Source: Planctomycetota bacterium
Lineage (GTDB): Bacteria > Planctomycetota > UBA1135 > UBA2386
NCBI GenBank assembly: GCA_036338025.1
Contig: JAYZDB010000201.1
Coordinates: forward strand, 1 to 43,626
DNA: 43,626 nt
Direction of reading: 5' to 3'
In this document: positions 8,486 to 19,733 of the stretch, one piece after another
Numbering within the stretch: position 1 is the first letter of the stretch
Layout: the number at the start of each line of letters is the position of its first letter
Translations under genes and position numbers: made by a program
The notes under the pieces: model-generated
Told to the model about the DNA's origin: nothing
The model's input: only the letters and a program-made list of their open reading frames with translations
Databases searched by the model: none

Positions 8486-9708
8486 TCGTCGTCGACTTCG
8501 CGGACCGCCAGCCCCATGTTGAGCTGCGGACTGCCGGAGGCGCGACTCTCAACGGTCAGGTCGAGCAGCACCAGGCTCCCGTACAAGGAGTCGACGGCGG
8601 CCCACCAGGTCTCGTTGGTGCCATCCACGCTGAGCTCGATCAGGTTCTCCCACTTGCCGACGGTCGCCGTCTCGACGAACTCGTAAGAACCCCGGTAGGT
8701 TTCCTCGCCGGCACCAGGACCGAGGCTGCCGATCACCTCGATCTTGAAGCCTCCCTTATCATCGATCGTCATGGTGCCGTTGGCGGCATCGATCCCAGCG
8801 ACGGTAGGTGCGACGAAGATCGTCTGCAGGCCGACGTGCCAGCGACCGGCCAGGGCGGCCTTGGCCTTGTCGAGGTCTGTGAACTCGAACTTGCGCACCA
8901 GGGCGAACAAGCCGGTCTCGCCATCGGTTTCGTCCCGGTCGGCGCCGAGGATGATGTCCTTGGCCTGGCTGGCACCGATGCTGCGCGGATCGGCGTCGTA
9001 GAGCAGGTTGAAGTCGATCTCGCCGGTGGTGTCGAGAGCTCGCGCAGTACCTTTCAAGGTGATCTCGTTGGGACTCGACGAATCGAATCCCGACCCGCTC
9101 AATTCGTCATCCGTGTCGGTGCCGGCAGCGATCGTCAGCGAGCCCGCAAAGGCGCGACCGATGTTGTGTGGGTTCGGGGACGAACTGCTGCTGAACAACA
9201 CGTGCTGGCTGAACATGTGCCAGTCACCACGCGCCTTGCTCATGTCGTGACCAGTGGTACTGCGAGTACCCCAGTAGAACCCGACCACTGCAATATCCTT
9301 GGGTGCATAGCGATCGGTGAAGAAGAAGGTCTGGGTGAGATCTCCAGAACCCGTCTGTTGGTAGGCGCCGAAGTAGCGCGTCGGAGCGCGTCCGAGGATC
9401 GGGACCACCAGCTTCAGGAGCCCGTCGGCATCCAGCAGGTACTGCACCGGCGAGGAAGGGGACGAACCCGTACGCTTGATGGTGTACTCGCCGATCTCCG
9501 TCATGGTCAGGAAGCCACCATCGGTACCGACCGCGCTGGTCGGGATCGGGTAGTCCGTGATCAACTGGTCACCACCGAACCCGTACATGAAGTGCGAGGC
9601 AGAGATCTTGACCTCGCTGGCGCTGGTCTGGTCCGAATCCTTCTTGCCTTCCGCACAGGCATGCAGCAGCAGGCATGAGGTCAGCAGGAGGCAACGGATG
9701 GGGAACAT
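8482..9708 (-). CDS. hypothetical lipoprotein
   Basis: 408 aa. The signal peptide carries a lipobox (MFPIRCLLLTSCLLLHAC). The mature part is rich in D/G/T/S and beta-like. The antisense 420-aa ORF is Arg/Gly/Val-rich and looks like a high-GC artefact. Confidence 0.7.
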   Translation of the reverse strand: MFPIRCLLLTSCLLLHACAEGKKDSDQTSASEVKISASHFMYGFGGDQLITDYPIPTSAVGTDGGFLTMTEIGEYTIKRTGSSPSSPVQYLLDADGLLKLVVPILGRAPTRYFGAYQQTGSGDLTQTFFFTDRYAPKDIAVVGFYWGTRSTTGHDMSKARGDWHMFSQHVLFSSSSSPNPHNIGRAFAGSLTIAAGTDTDDELSGSGFDSSSPNEITLKGTARALDTTGEIDFNLLYDADPRSIGASQAKDIILGADRDETDGETGLFALVRKFEFTDLDKAKAALAGRWHVGLQTIFVAPTVAGIDAANGTMTIDDKGGFKIEVIGSLGPGAGEETYRGSYEFVETATVGKWENLIELSVDGTNETWWAAVDSLYGSLVLLDLTVESRASGSPQLNMGLAVREVDDD

Positions 9709-9920
9709 GGCGTGGATTGGGAGTCTGGGGGTCGGGAGCGGCGTGCGGAGCCTGGCGTCTCGGGGCTGAGGAGTCTAGGCCAGATCCCGCCACCGGCCCA
9801 GCGGGATCATGTTCCCGAGGCCAGGGAACTTCGCCTACAGGGCACGTGACACGAAGAGCCGCGCGAGCTATTCCGGTTCGCCCCCAATACCCATCTGACA
9901 ACAGCATCCGGCCCTAGACC

Positions 9921-10958
9921 TTGTCCACCCAACCCTCCACAGCGCTGCGATCCGGTTCCGGTCTGATCCGCATCGCCTGCCTCGCCCTGGCCGCGAGCAG
10001 CTGCGTGACGCCGACCCGGCACGGTGGCCCGCTGACGGTCCGCAACCAACACCCGGTGCAGTTGACCGCGCTTCGAATGACCCCGAGCAGCGCCCGGGCG
10101 ATGCCTGCCGGCGGTCTGGAACTCGCTGCGACCACCTCCTACAGCAGCCTGTTCCTGGCCAGTGTCAACGGGACCAACGCCTACTTCATGGACGGCGAGA
10201 TCCTGCGGGCCGGACTGGCAGTTCGGTACGGCCTGATCCGCGACCTCGAACTCCGGATCGAGATTCCCTTGGCCCACAGCAGCGGGGGATTCCTCGACGG
10301 CTTCGTCGAGGACTACCACCACACCTTCGGGTTGGAGAACGGCAGGCGAAGCCAGGCACCGCACGGCCGCTTCGGAATCCAGGCCATCCACGACGGCAGC
10401 ACTGCCTACCGGATGGACCAGCGCCAGATCAGCCTGCTCGACCTGCCGATCGAAGCGATGTGGCAGATCTTCGAGCACCAGGGCGCGGTCGACCTGGATC
10501 TCGCAGTCCGCGCCGCGGTCGAACTGCCGACCGGCGACCAGCAAGCCGGCTACGGCAACGGCGGCCTCGACTACGCCGTCGGGGTGGTGGGGGAGATCGC
10601 CATCGGTCCGGTGGCCCTGTCGACACATGTCGGCCACACCAGCGTCGCGACTCCGGATCGCGCCCGCGGAGCCGGACTCGAGTACGCCGATGGCATCAGC
10701 TCCGGCATCGGGCTGGAGGCAGCGATGACCGAGGATCTGTCGGCCATCGTGCAGGTCGAAATGGACCAGACCGTGCTGCGCAAACTCCGCCACGTCCACA
10801 CCGAGTCCGACCAGTGGGTCCTGTGGGCCGGCATGCGCGGACGGTTCTCCAACGGCGTCCAGTTCGAACTGGCCTTCGGCGAGGATCTGACCCTGAATGC
10901 CTCCCCGGACTTCACGGTGTTTTTGGCCTTGCGTGCTCAGTTCGGCCTGCCTCGCTAG
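9921..10958 (+). CDS. putative outer-membrane beta-barrel protein (DUF3187-like from memory)
   Basis: 345 aa with a TTG start. The signal/lipobox-like segment is IACLALAASSC, followed by LTVRNQHPVQL. Alternating amphipathic strands end in an aromatic C-terminus (FLALRAQFGLPR). Confidence 0.6.
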   Translation: MSTQPSTALRSGSGLIRIACLALAASSCVTPTRHGGPLTVRNQHPVQLTALRMTPSSARAMPAGGLELAATTSYSSLFLASVNGTNAYFMDGEILRAGLAVRYGLIRDLELRIEIPLAHSSGGFLDGFVEDYHHTFGLENGRRSQAPHGRFGIQAIHDGSTAYRMDQRQISLLDLPIEAMWQIFEHQGAVDLDLAVRAAVELPTGDQQAGYGNGGLDYAVGVVGEIAIGPVALSTHVGHTSVATPDRARGAGLEYADGISSGIGLEAAMTEDLSAIVQVEMDQTVLRKLRHVHTESDQWVLWAGMRGRFSNGVQFELAFGEDLTLNASPDFTVFLALRAQFGLPR

Positions 10959-10968
10959 GATGTAGGGC

Positions 10969-11304
10969 ATGGCCGACAACTACTACAAACCTGAACACCT
11001 GCAACAGTTCTCGGAGATCGCCGAGAACCGACCGGAACTGGCCGCCAAGTTCTTCGAATATTACGGCGCCGTGATGGGGGACGGAGCCCTCTCCAAACGC
11101 GAAAAGAGCCTGATGGCCCTGGCCGTCGCCCACGCCATGCAATGCCCTTATTGCATCGACTCCTACACCCAAAAATCGCTCGAGAACGGCGCCGATCTCG
11201 ACCAGATGACCGAAGCTGCCCACGTCGCCGCCGCCATGCGCGGTGGCGCAACCCTGGCTCACGGCATGCAGATGCGTGAGCACCACGACCACCTGTCGAT
11301 GTGA
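10969..11304 (+). CDS. AhpD/carboxymuconolactone-decarboxylase-like protein of the arsenosugar-biosynthesis-associated peroxidase-like type
   Basis: 111 aa. Contains EKSLMALAVAHAMQCPYCIDSYT (CPYC redox motif) and MTEAAHVAAAMRGGATLAHG. The stop overlaps the next start (ATGTGA, 11301-11304). Confidence 0.8.
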   Translation: MADNYYKPEHLQQFSEIAENRPELAAKFFEYYGAVMGDGALSKREKSLMALAVAHAMQCPYCIDSYTQKSLENGADLDQMTEAAHVAAAMRGGATLAHGMQMREHHDHLSM

Positions 11305-12266
11305 CCAAGCCCAACGCCTTCGACCGACAGCTGGCTGCCCATCGTCTCAGCCGACTGACAGCAGCCAGCCTGGACACCCTGCAGGTCAACCTGGGCAAGC
11401 TCTGCAACCAGGCCTGCCGCCACTGCCACGTCGACGCCGGACCGCAGCAGACCGGCAGCGATGTCAACATGGGCGACGAGATCGTCGAGCACGTCCTGCG
11501 GGTGCTGCGTAGCTGCAAGGTCGAGACCCTCGATCTCACCGGCGGCGCCCCCGAGCTCAATCCACATTTCCGAATCCTGGTGGGGGAGGCGCGGAGCCTC
11601 GACATCCACGTCATCGATCGCTGCAACCTCTCGGTCCTGACGCTGCCCGAGCAGGACGACCTGGCCGCCTACCTGGCCAGGAACCAGGTCGAAGTCGTCG
11701 CCAGCCTGCCCTACTACCGCCGCGACCGTACCGACCGCCAACGCGGTCGCGGGGTCTTCGACGCCAGCATCCAAGGCCTCAAACTGCTGAACGACCTGGG
11801 ATACGGTCACAGCGACCAACTCCGCCTCAACCTGGTCCTCAACCCGGTAGGCGCCTACCTGCCGGGCGACCAGGCCGGTCTCGAAGCCGAATACAAACGC
11901 GAACTGGCCAGCGAGTTCGACATCCACTTCCACCAGCTCTACTGCATCACCAACATGCCGATCGCCCGCTACCGGGAATGGCTCGATTCCACCGGCAAGC
12001 TGGACAGCTACATGCAGACGCTCAGCGATGCCTTCAACCCACAGACGGTCGAAGCACTGATGTGCCGCAAGCTGATCTCGGTGGCCCCCGACGGGACCCT
12101 GCACGACTGCGACTTCAACCAGATGCTGGACTTGCCACTCGCGACCGCGAGCAACATCCGCGACTTCGACGCCGGCCAACTGGCAGCCAGGCAGATCGTC
12201 ACCAAGGACCACTGCCTGGGTTGCACGGCCGGGGCCGGCAGTTCCTGTGGTGGGACCGTCACCTGA
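11301..12266 (+). CDS. arsS: radical SAM / Cys-rich C-terminal domain protein, ArsS-like
   Basis: 321 aa. Has the CX3CX2C motif CNQACRHC near the N-terminus, a GGAPELNP glycine motif, and the C-terminal Cys-rich tail HDCDFNQ...HCLGCTAGAGSSCGG. It is translationally coupled to the AhpD-like gene. Confidence 0.8.
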   Translation: MTKPNAFDRQLAAHRLSRLTAASLDTLQVNLGKLCNQACRHCHVDAGPQQTGSDVNMGDEIVEHVLRVLRSCKVETLDLTGGAPELNPHFRILVGEARSLDIHVIDRCNLSVLTLPEQDDLAAYLARNQVEVVASLPYYRRDRTDRQRGRGVFDASIQGLKLLNDLGYGHSDQLRLNLVLNPVGAYLPGDQAGLEAEYKRELASEFDIHFHQLYCITNMPIARYREWLDSTGKLDSYMQTLSDAFNPQTVEALMCRKLISVAPDGTLHDCDFNQMLDLPLATASNIRDFDAGQLAARQIVTKDHCLGCTAGAGSSCGGTVT

Positions 12267-12508
12267 GCCGCAAGACAGACCCATCGGCATACTCCAGGTC
12301 GCCAGACACCCATCGATGAGTTTTACATAAGAAACGTTATCAGAATATAGGAGTAGAAACCGGTTGTGACTCAAACAGGCTGAAACAGCGCTATTTTAGC
12401 CTCCCAGGCGATTTCGCTCTCGGCGTCGGCAGGTCCCCCTCGCGGTATATCTGGGTGGCGCGGGTGGAGCTACTCGAACCTCTGCCGCGCCTGACCAGCT
12501 CGATCGAC

Positions 12509-14227
12509 TCAGCCCAGCAGGTCGCGCGCAACCGGCGGAATCGCGATCACCATGCCGACAAACTCAGCGCTTCCATCCATCCCAGCCTGGACCGCGCCCA
12601 GCAACAGATCCTCCGCGCACAGCTTGTCCCGGCATTCGCCAGGCAGTTCGACCCGCAGCAGCTCATCGCCTTCCTCGACCGCGATCTCGACCGCATCCGC
12701 CGCCACCGTGACCACCCGGAACAGCTTGCGCTCGATGCCGTCAGCCATCTTCGACCCGCTGAGTGCCAACCCGGCAAGGTCCAGTCGCGCGACATGATCG
12801 ACAAAGGCCTCGCGCACACTGACCAGCAGCGGCGCCAACTCGAAACACTGGGTCTCCTCGGCCCACCCAAAAAACCGCTCCAGCGCTGTGAAGACCACGC
12901 CGACCTCGCGGGTCCTTGCGCCCGGGCTGCTGCCGAGGTAGGTCTGCATGAGCAGGCGCAGCAGATCGGAGATCGTCACTTCCTCCAGATCACGGTACGG
13001 CACCGGCGCCTCGCGCTGGATCACGACGAGTTGTTCCAGCACCGCGGTATCACCACCTTGGTCGGCATCGGTTTCCCAGAGGTACTCTGCGATCAGGGGG
13101 CGCATGTTGCCATCGACCGGCAATCCGTCCTCCTCCACAACCGCCTCGGTGTGCCCCACCATCTGATCTGCCTCGGAAAACACCTGTTCGAGATCCTCGC
13201 CTTCGGCCAGTCCGGCCTCGATCCTCGCCCGCACATCAGAACCCAAGCCGAGAGCCGACAAATCCACACCCTCATCCTTCTGGGGCAAGCGCTCGTGGTC
13301 GGCTGGCTCCTGATCGTCAGCCGGTGAGGACTCCTGACTGGCTGCCCTCGTGGCGCTCTCGGGCATGTCATCCTCGACCGCCGGCAGCCCCTGGTTTCCG
13401 ATCTGACGCTGCTGCCAGATCTGCAGCATGATCTGTCGAGCAGCTTCCAGGTCTACCTCCGAGTCGAAGGCTATCTTCTCGAGCAGCGGATCGATGATCA
13501 GACCCGGACGAGGGATTCCGCCCAGGGATGCGCTGATGCTGGTCGCGCTCAATGCGTCTGGATCGATCCCTCCCTCGCGAAGACATTTCTCCAGGTCCGC
13601 TTCCAGGTGCTCGACCGGCACACCGCTGGGAACTGCCGCCTGGCTTTCATCTACAGCCTGACCGCGGCCCCGGAATAGCAGGTGTTCGATCTCCGCCTGG
13701 CTGAGCCGCCGCCCGAGATTCATCGTCTGGACGTCCTTGCGGAACGCAGCCGCCAAATCCCGTGCGTCACGCTGCACCGCCATCGCCACCGATGCGATGT
13801 AGACATCCAGCGGACCATCGAATACCCGCCCGATGAACAGGTCCCCAGGTGACAAGTCGAGACCTTCGACCTCGGCAAGGTCGTGGGTGCGATCATCCTG
13901 GAGATCGACGACGACATACTCGCCGGCATTCATGCCGCTCAGCTGAAACACCCCCACCATGCTGTCCTCGAAACTCTGGCGCTCGTCATCAGACATTGGC
14001 AGGAGATCGACGGGGATCCCACCGAGGACATCGCTTTCGCGCTCCAAGAGGAACCACTCCGCAAAGCGCAGCAGCGCATTGGCGTCGTTCTCCTTTGCCT
14101 TCGGATTAGCCTGGAAGAACTCGCGCTCCGCCCGGGAAACCTCCGATTTCAGGCCAGTGTTCGCCCGCACGTTCTCCATCAGGCGGGCAAGCAGGCATTG
14201 GAAGTCAGCGGCTTCGGCGGGATTCAT
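12509..14227 (-). CDS. large acidic hypothetical protein
   Basis: 572 aa, strongly D/E-rich throughout. It has no TM segment or signal peptide, and I recognise no motif. The antisense 290-aa ORF is R/L/H-rich, as expected for the reverse of an acidic gene. Confidence 0.7.
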   Translation of the reverse strand: MNPAEAADFQCLLARLMENVRANTGLKSEVSRAEREFFQANPKAKENDANALLRFAEWFLLERESDVLGGIPVDLLPMSDDERQSFEDSMVGVFQLSGMNAGEYVVVDLQDDRTHDLAEVEGLDLSPGDLFIGRVFDGPLDVYIASVAMAVQRDARDLAAAFRKDVQTMNLGRRLSQAEIEHLLFRGRGQAVDESQAAVPSGVPVEHLEADLEKCLREGGIDPDALSATSISASLGGIPRPGLIIDPLLEKIAFDSEVDLEAARQIMLQIWQQRQIGNQGLPAVEDDMPESATRAASQESSPADDQEPADHERLPQKDEGVDLSALGLGSDVRARIEAGLAEGEDLEQVFSEADQMVGHTEAVVEEDGLPVDGNMRPLIAEYLWETDADQGGDTAVLEQLVVIQREAPVPYRDLEEVTISDLLRLLMQTYLGSSPGARTREVGVVFTALERFFGWAEETQCFELAPLLVSVREAFVDHVARLDLAGLALSGSKMADGIERKLFRVVTVAADAVEIAVEEGDELLRVELPGECRDKLCAEDLLLGAVQAGMDGSAEFVGMVIAIPPVARDLLG

Positions 14228-14343
14228 GGTCGTGGGCTATTCCGTAAGGATTTGAGAAAAACGGCAATCCTTTCGGCTTTGCTGCAAAATAGCCTTCACC
14301 CGTGGCGGGTGAGACGATTTCCTTGTAGTTCTCCAAACCAGCA

Positions 14344-16873
<2,530 letters not shown>

Positions 16874-16891
16874 GCTAGCGCACCGCGTCGA

Positions 16892-17137
16892 TCAGGCGGG
16901 TTGGACGTCCGTGACCATCGGCAGCACCTCTTGCAGGGCGATCTTGATGCCCTGCTGCATGGTGTGGGTAGAGGATGGACAACCGTCGCAGGCCCCCACC
17001 AGGCGCACCCGCACGACCCCCTTGTCGGTCATCTCGACGAACTCAACGTCCCCGCCGTCATCAGCAAAGAACGGCCGCAATTGCTCCAGTACGGCCTCGA
17101 CCCGTTGGCGCACTTCGGTCTCGGACAGGGCTGTCAT
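16892..17137 (-). CDS. NifU C-terminal-domain (Nfu-type) Fe-S cluster protein
   Basis: 81 aa. Contains LRPFFADDGGDVEFVE...VRLVGACDGCPSS...TMQQGIKIAL, the canonical Nfu CXXC domain. Confidence 0.88.
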   Translation of the reverse strand: MTALSETEVRQRVEAVLEQLRPFFADDGGDVEFVEMTDKGVVRVRLVGACDGCPSSTHTMQQGIKIALQEVLPMVTDVQPA

Positions 17138-17760
17138 GCGATCGCACCGGTGGGGATTTCGATCGTGATACCGAGACCGGACTCCTTGGCCACGACACGG
17201 GCTTCGGACCCGGCGAAGCTGTCGGAGGCATCGCGGATGGCGTCAGCGAGATCCACTTCGAACGGCAGGCAATCCTTCGGCGGCTCGAGGTTCAATTCCA
17301 CTCCAAGCCCAGCATCCCACCAGGCAGAGACGGTCAGCTTGCCTTCAAACCCGGTCGGCAAAGCGGTACTGAACCGATGCATGGCGGTGACCACCGGCAA
17401 CACCAGGTCACGCCGCCGCACGGCGTAGGTCAGACTCTCCAGGGCCTCATCCCAGGCCACCTGCACCCCCTCCTCCTGCATACGACCCCGCACCAGTTGA
17501 ACCACGTCCCGGAGCAAGGGACCAGCCGCGACCGGCTCGGACGGCAGCTCGGGATCCAGGATCAAGCGGTAGATTTCGACCGCCTCGGTGGCCTCGTGGC
17601 AGGCTGCCATGATGCCGGGTCCAGCCGCCGCCAAATCCCCCGCTCCACCCGCTCCGAGCAGCTGTGCCTGCCCCTGGATCTTGAACAGGGCGTTGCACAT
17701 CCCGTGCAGGAACCCAGGCGACAGGTAATCCAGCAACTCAATCCGGGCCTGCGAGTTCAT
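17134..17760 (-). CDS. histidine-kinase-like protein lacking recognisable ATP-binding boxes
   Basis: ATG at 17760 lies inside track ORF 17134..17823. Has a DHp-like H-box FLHGMCNALFKIQGQAQLL (compare HDFNNLL), a second helix, then a ~120-aa alpha/beta region in which I see no N-box or DxGxG/GxGxG. The stop overlaps the Nfu start (ATGA, 17134-17137). Confidence 0.55.
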   Translation of the reverse strand: MNSQARIELLDYLSPGFLHGMCNALFKIQGQAQLLGAGGAGDLAAAGPGIMAACHEATEAVEIYRLILDPELPSEPVAAGPLLRDVVQLVRGRMQEEGVQVAWDEALESLTYAVRRRDLVLPVVTAMHRFSTALPTGFEGKLTVSAWWDAGLGVELNLEPPKDCLPFEVDLADAIRDASDSFAGSEARVVAKESGLGITIEIPTGAIA

Positions 17761-17913
17761 TGCAGGCCCCGTATCGCATGGCCCCCGGACAGCCGCTCTT
17801 GAATCGGAGAAGACACAGCGCAAAGTCTAGCCAACCGAACAGTTCCAGCCCAGACCCGGAGCCACCACGTGGCGCCGGACGGTGCGATTGCCTCCCATCC
17901 CCAGGATCCTGCG

Positions 17914-19428
17914 ATGCCCGACACCGCCTACCAACGACTCCTGAACCGGGTACGGGGAAACCATCTGCTCGGGGCGACCCGGGCAGTTCTCGACTGGGAT
18001 CAACAGACCATGCTACCGCCAGGCGGGGTCGAGTTCCGCGCCCGGCAACTCAAGCAACTCGCTGAACTCAGCCACCAGAGAGGCACCGCGCCGGAACTGG
18101 CCGAGTTGCTGAGCCTCTGCGAGGACCAGGCCGCCCTGCTCGTTGATCCGACCAGCGATTCGGCCACCAACCTGCGCGAAATCCGCCGCTCCTACGATCG
18201 GGCGACACGTCTGCCACGGGAGCTGGTCGCAGAACTCGCCGAGACCCAAAGCCTGGCCCAGAACACCTGGGCCGAAGCACGCAACCGCGATGACTTCGAG
18301 AGCTTTCGTCCCTGGCTGGAAAAAATGGTCAAGCTGATGCGCGACAAGGCACAGTGCCTGGCGGAACCGGGGCAGGAGGAGTGGGACGCGCTGGCCGATG
18401 ATTTCGAGCCCGGGGTACAAGCCAGCGATCTCCACCGTCTGTTCCGGGATCTGCAGGCCGAGTTGACGCCCCTGCTCGGTGACATTACCAACAACGGCAG
18501 CCCGCCGGCGCGGCGTTTCCACCAACACCCCGCCCCCACCGACGCCCAGGAACGCTGGGTCCGGGCGGTCGCAGAGAGCATGGGATTCGACTTCTCGCGC
18601 GGACGGCTGGATCGCTCAACCCATCCGTTCTGCAGCGGAACGCACCGCGGCGACGTCCGACTCACCACCCGCTTCCACGATGCCTTCGTAGTCGATGCCC
18701 TGGGTTCCACCATGCACGAGGCGGGCCACGGCATCTACGAGCAGGGCCTGCCAGCCGCCCACGTCGGCACGCCACTCGGACAGGCGACTTCACTGGGGAT
18801 CCACGAGAGCCAGAGCCGATTGTGGGAGAACCACGTTGGCCGCTCCGAGGCCTTCTGGACCTTCTGCCGGCCCCTGCTACTCAAGCACCTCGGCGCCGAA
18901 TTCGAGGTCTACAGCGCGGCGGAGATGTACAGCACCGCCAATCTCGTCACCCCCGACTTCATCAGGGTGGAAGCCGACGAAGCCACCTACAACCTGCACG
19001 TCATCGTCCGCTTCGAGTTGGAACTCGCGATGATCCGCGGCGAGTTGGAAGTCGCGGATCTTCCGGGTGCCTGGCGCGAAGCCTACCGCCGGTATCTCGG
19101 CGTCGAAGTTCCTGATGACACCCGTGGCTGTCTCCAGGACGTGCACTGGTCGTGCGGCCTGTTCGGTTACTTCCCGACCTACACCCTCGGCAACATCTAC
19201 GCGGCGCAGTTCTTCGAGTCTGCCCAGGCAGCCCTGCCGGACCTCGATGATCAGGTCGCCAGCGGCAACTTTGCAGCACTGAAACACTGGCTCAACGCGC
19301 ACATCCACGAATCCGGTTCACGCTTCCGCGCTGCAGATCTTTGCGAACGCGTGACCGGTCGCCCCGCGGACATCGCACCTCTGATGCGCCACCTCGAAGG
19401 CAAACTTCGGCCGATCTACCAACTTTGA
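17914..19428 (+). CDS. carboxypeptidase Taq-type (M32) metallopeptidase
   Basis: Contains HPF, HEAGHGIYEQG (HExxH), GIHESQSRLWEN and DVHWSCGLFGYFPTYTLGN. ATG at 17914 is preferred within track ORF 17869..19428. Confidence 0.9.
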   Translation: MPDTAYQRLLNRVRGNHLLGATRAVLDWDQQTMLPPGGVEFRARQLKQLAELSHQRGTAPELAELLSLCEDQAALLVDPTSDSATNLREIRRSYDRATRLPRELVAELAETQSLAQNTWAEARNRDDFESFRPWLEKMVKLMRDKAQCLAEPGQEEWDALADDFEPGVQASDLHRLFRDLQAELTPLLGDITNNGSPPARRFHQHPAPTDAQERWVRAVAESMGFDFSRGRLDRSTHPFCSGTHRGDVRLTTRFHDAFVVDALGSTMHEAGHGIYEQGLPAAHVGTPLGQATSLGIHESQSRLWENHVGRSEAFWTFCRPLLLKHLGAEFEVYSAAEMYSTANLVTPDFIRVEADEATYNLHVIVRFELELAMIRGELEVADLPGAWREAYRRYLGVEVPDDTRGCLQDVHWSCGLFGYFPTYTLGNIYAAQFFESAQAALPDLDDQVASGNFAALKHWLNAHIHESGSRFRAADLCERVTGRPADIAPLMRHLEGKLRPIYQL

Positions 19429-19733
19429 CCGGCTGGCCGCTGCCAATCGCCGACTGTCCCCACCGCCATCCAAGCCGCCGATCCAAAGCTGCACCTTCCG
19501 TCGCAACCCGTAGTAGGGTATACAGTTCAGACAACAATCCCGAGATGACCGCCGACCTGGTCTGGTGACCCAGATACGCAGAGGGGATAGCAGATTCGGG
19601 ACGAGGGTCTTCCAACGTACCTTATACCGACCCAGAACCACGGTCGGCAGAGATCAGGACGGCTCCGGCGACTATCCTGCCGCCTGCTCAGCAATCCCAC
19701 CCGACCGTCCCGACCCAAACAGCCCGCGCCATC

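Noticed and set aside
8416-9678. 420-aa plus-strand ORF antisense to the lipoprotein gene
   Set aside because: It has no signal or motif and an Arg/Gly/Val-rich composition. The minus frame has a lipobox signal peptide and balanced composition.
9807-10979. 390-aa minus-strand ORF antisense to the beta-barrel candidate
   Set aside because: It shows the same high-GC shadow-ORF signature. The plus frame has a signal sequence and a terminal aromatic beta-barrel-like pattern.
11259-12374. 371-aa minus-strand ORF antisense to the ArsS-like gene
   Set aside because: The plus frame carries an unambiguous radical SAM CX3CX2C motif and a Cys-rich tail. The minus frame has none.
12453-12495. tRNA-like fragment (GGTTCGAGT T-loop-like sequence enclosed by GGCGCGG/CCGCGCC and followed by ACCCA on the minus strand), considered as a tRNA remnant or integration att site
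   Set aside because: The would-be T stem does not pair (AGAGG versus AGCTC). No D or anticodon arm can be built upstream, and no matching direct repeat exists elsewhere in the window. I treat it only as a hairpin downstream of the acidic-protein gene.
19429-19733. 305-nt gap between the M32 peptidase gene and the secreted trio, scanned for a structured RNA or small ORF
   Set aside because: It holds only a trivial 7-codon ORF and one short hairpin (CCGACC/GGTCGG). I recognised no SRP, RNase P, tmRNA or riboswitch core motifs. It is most likely just the promoter and leader of the trio.
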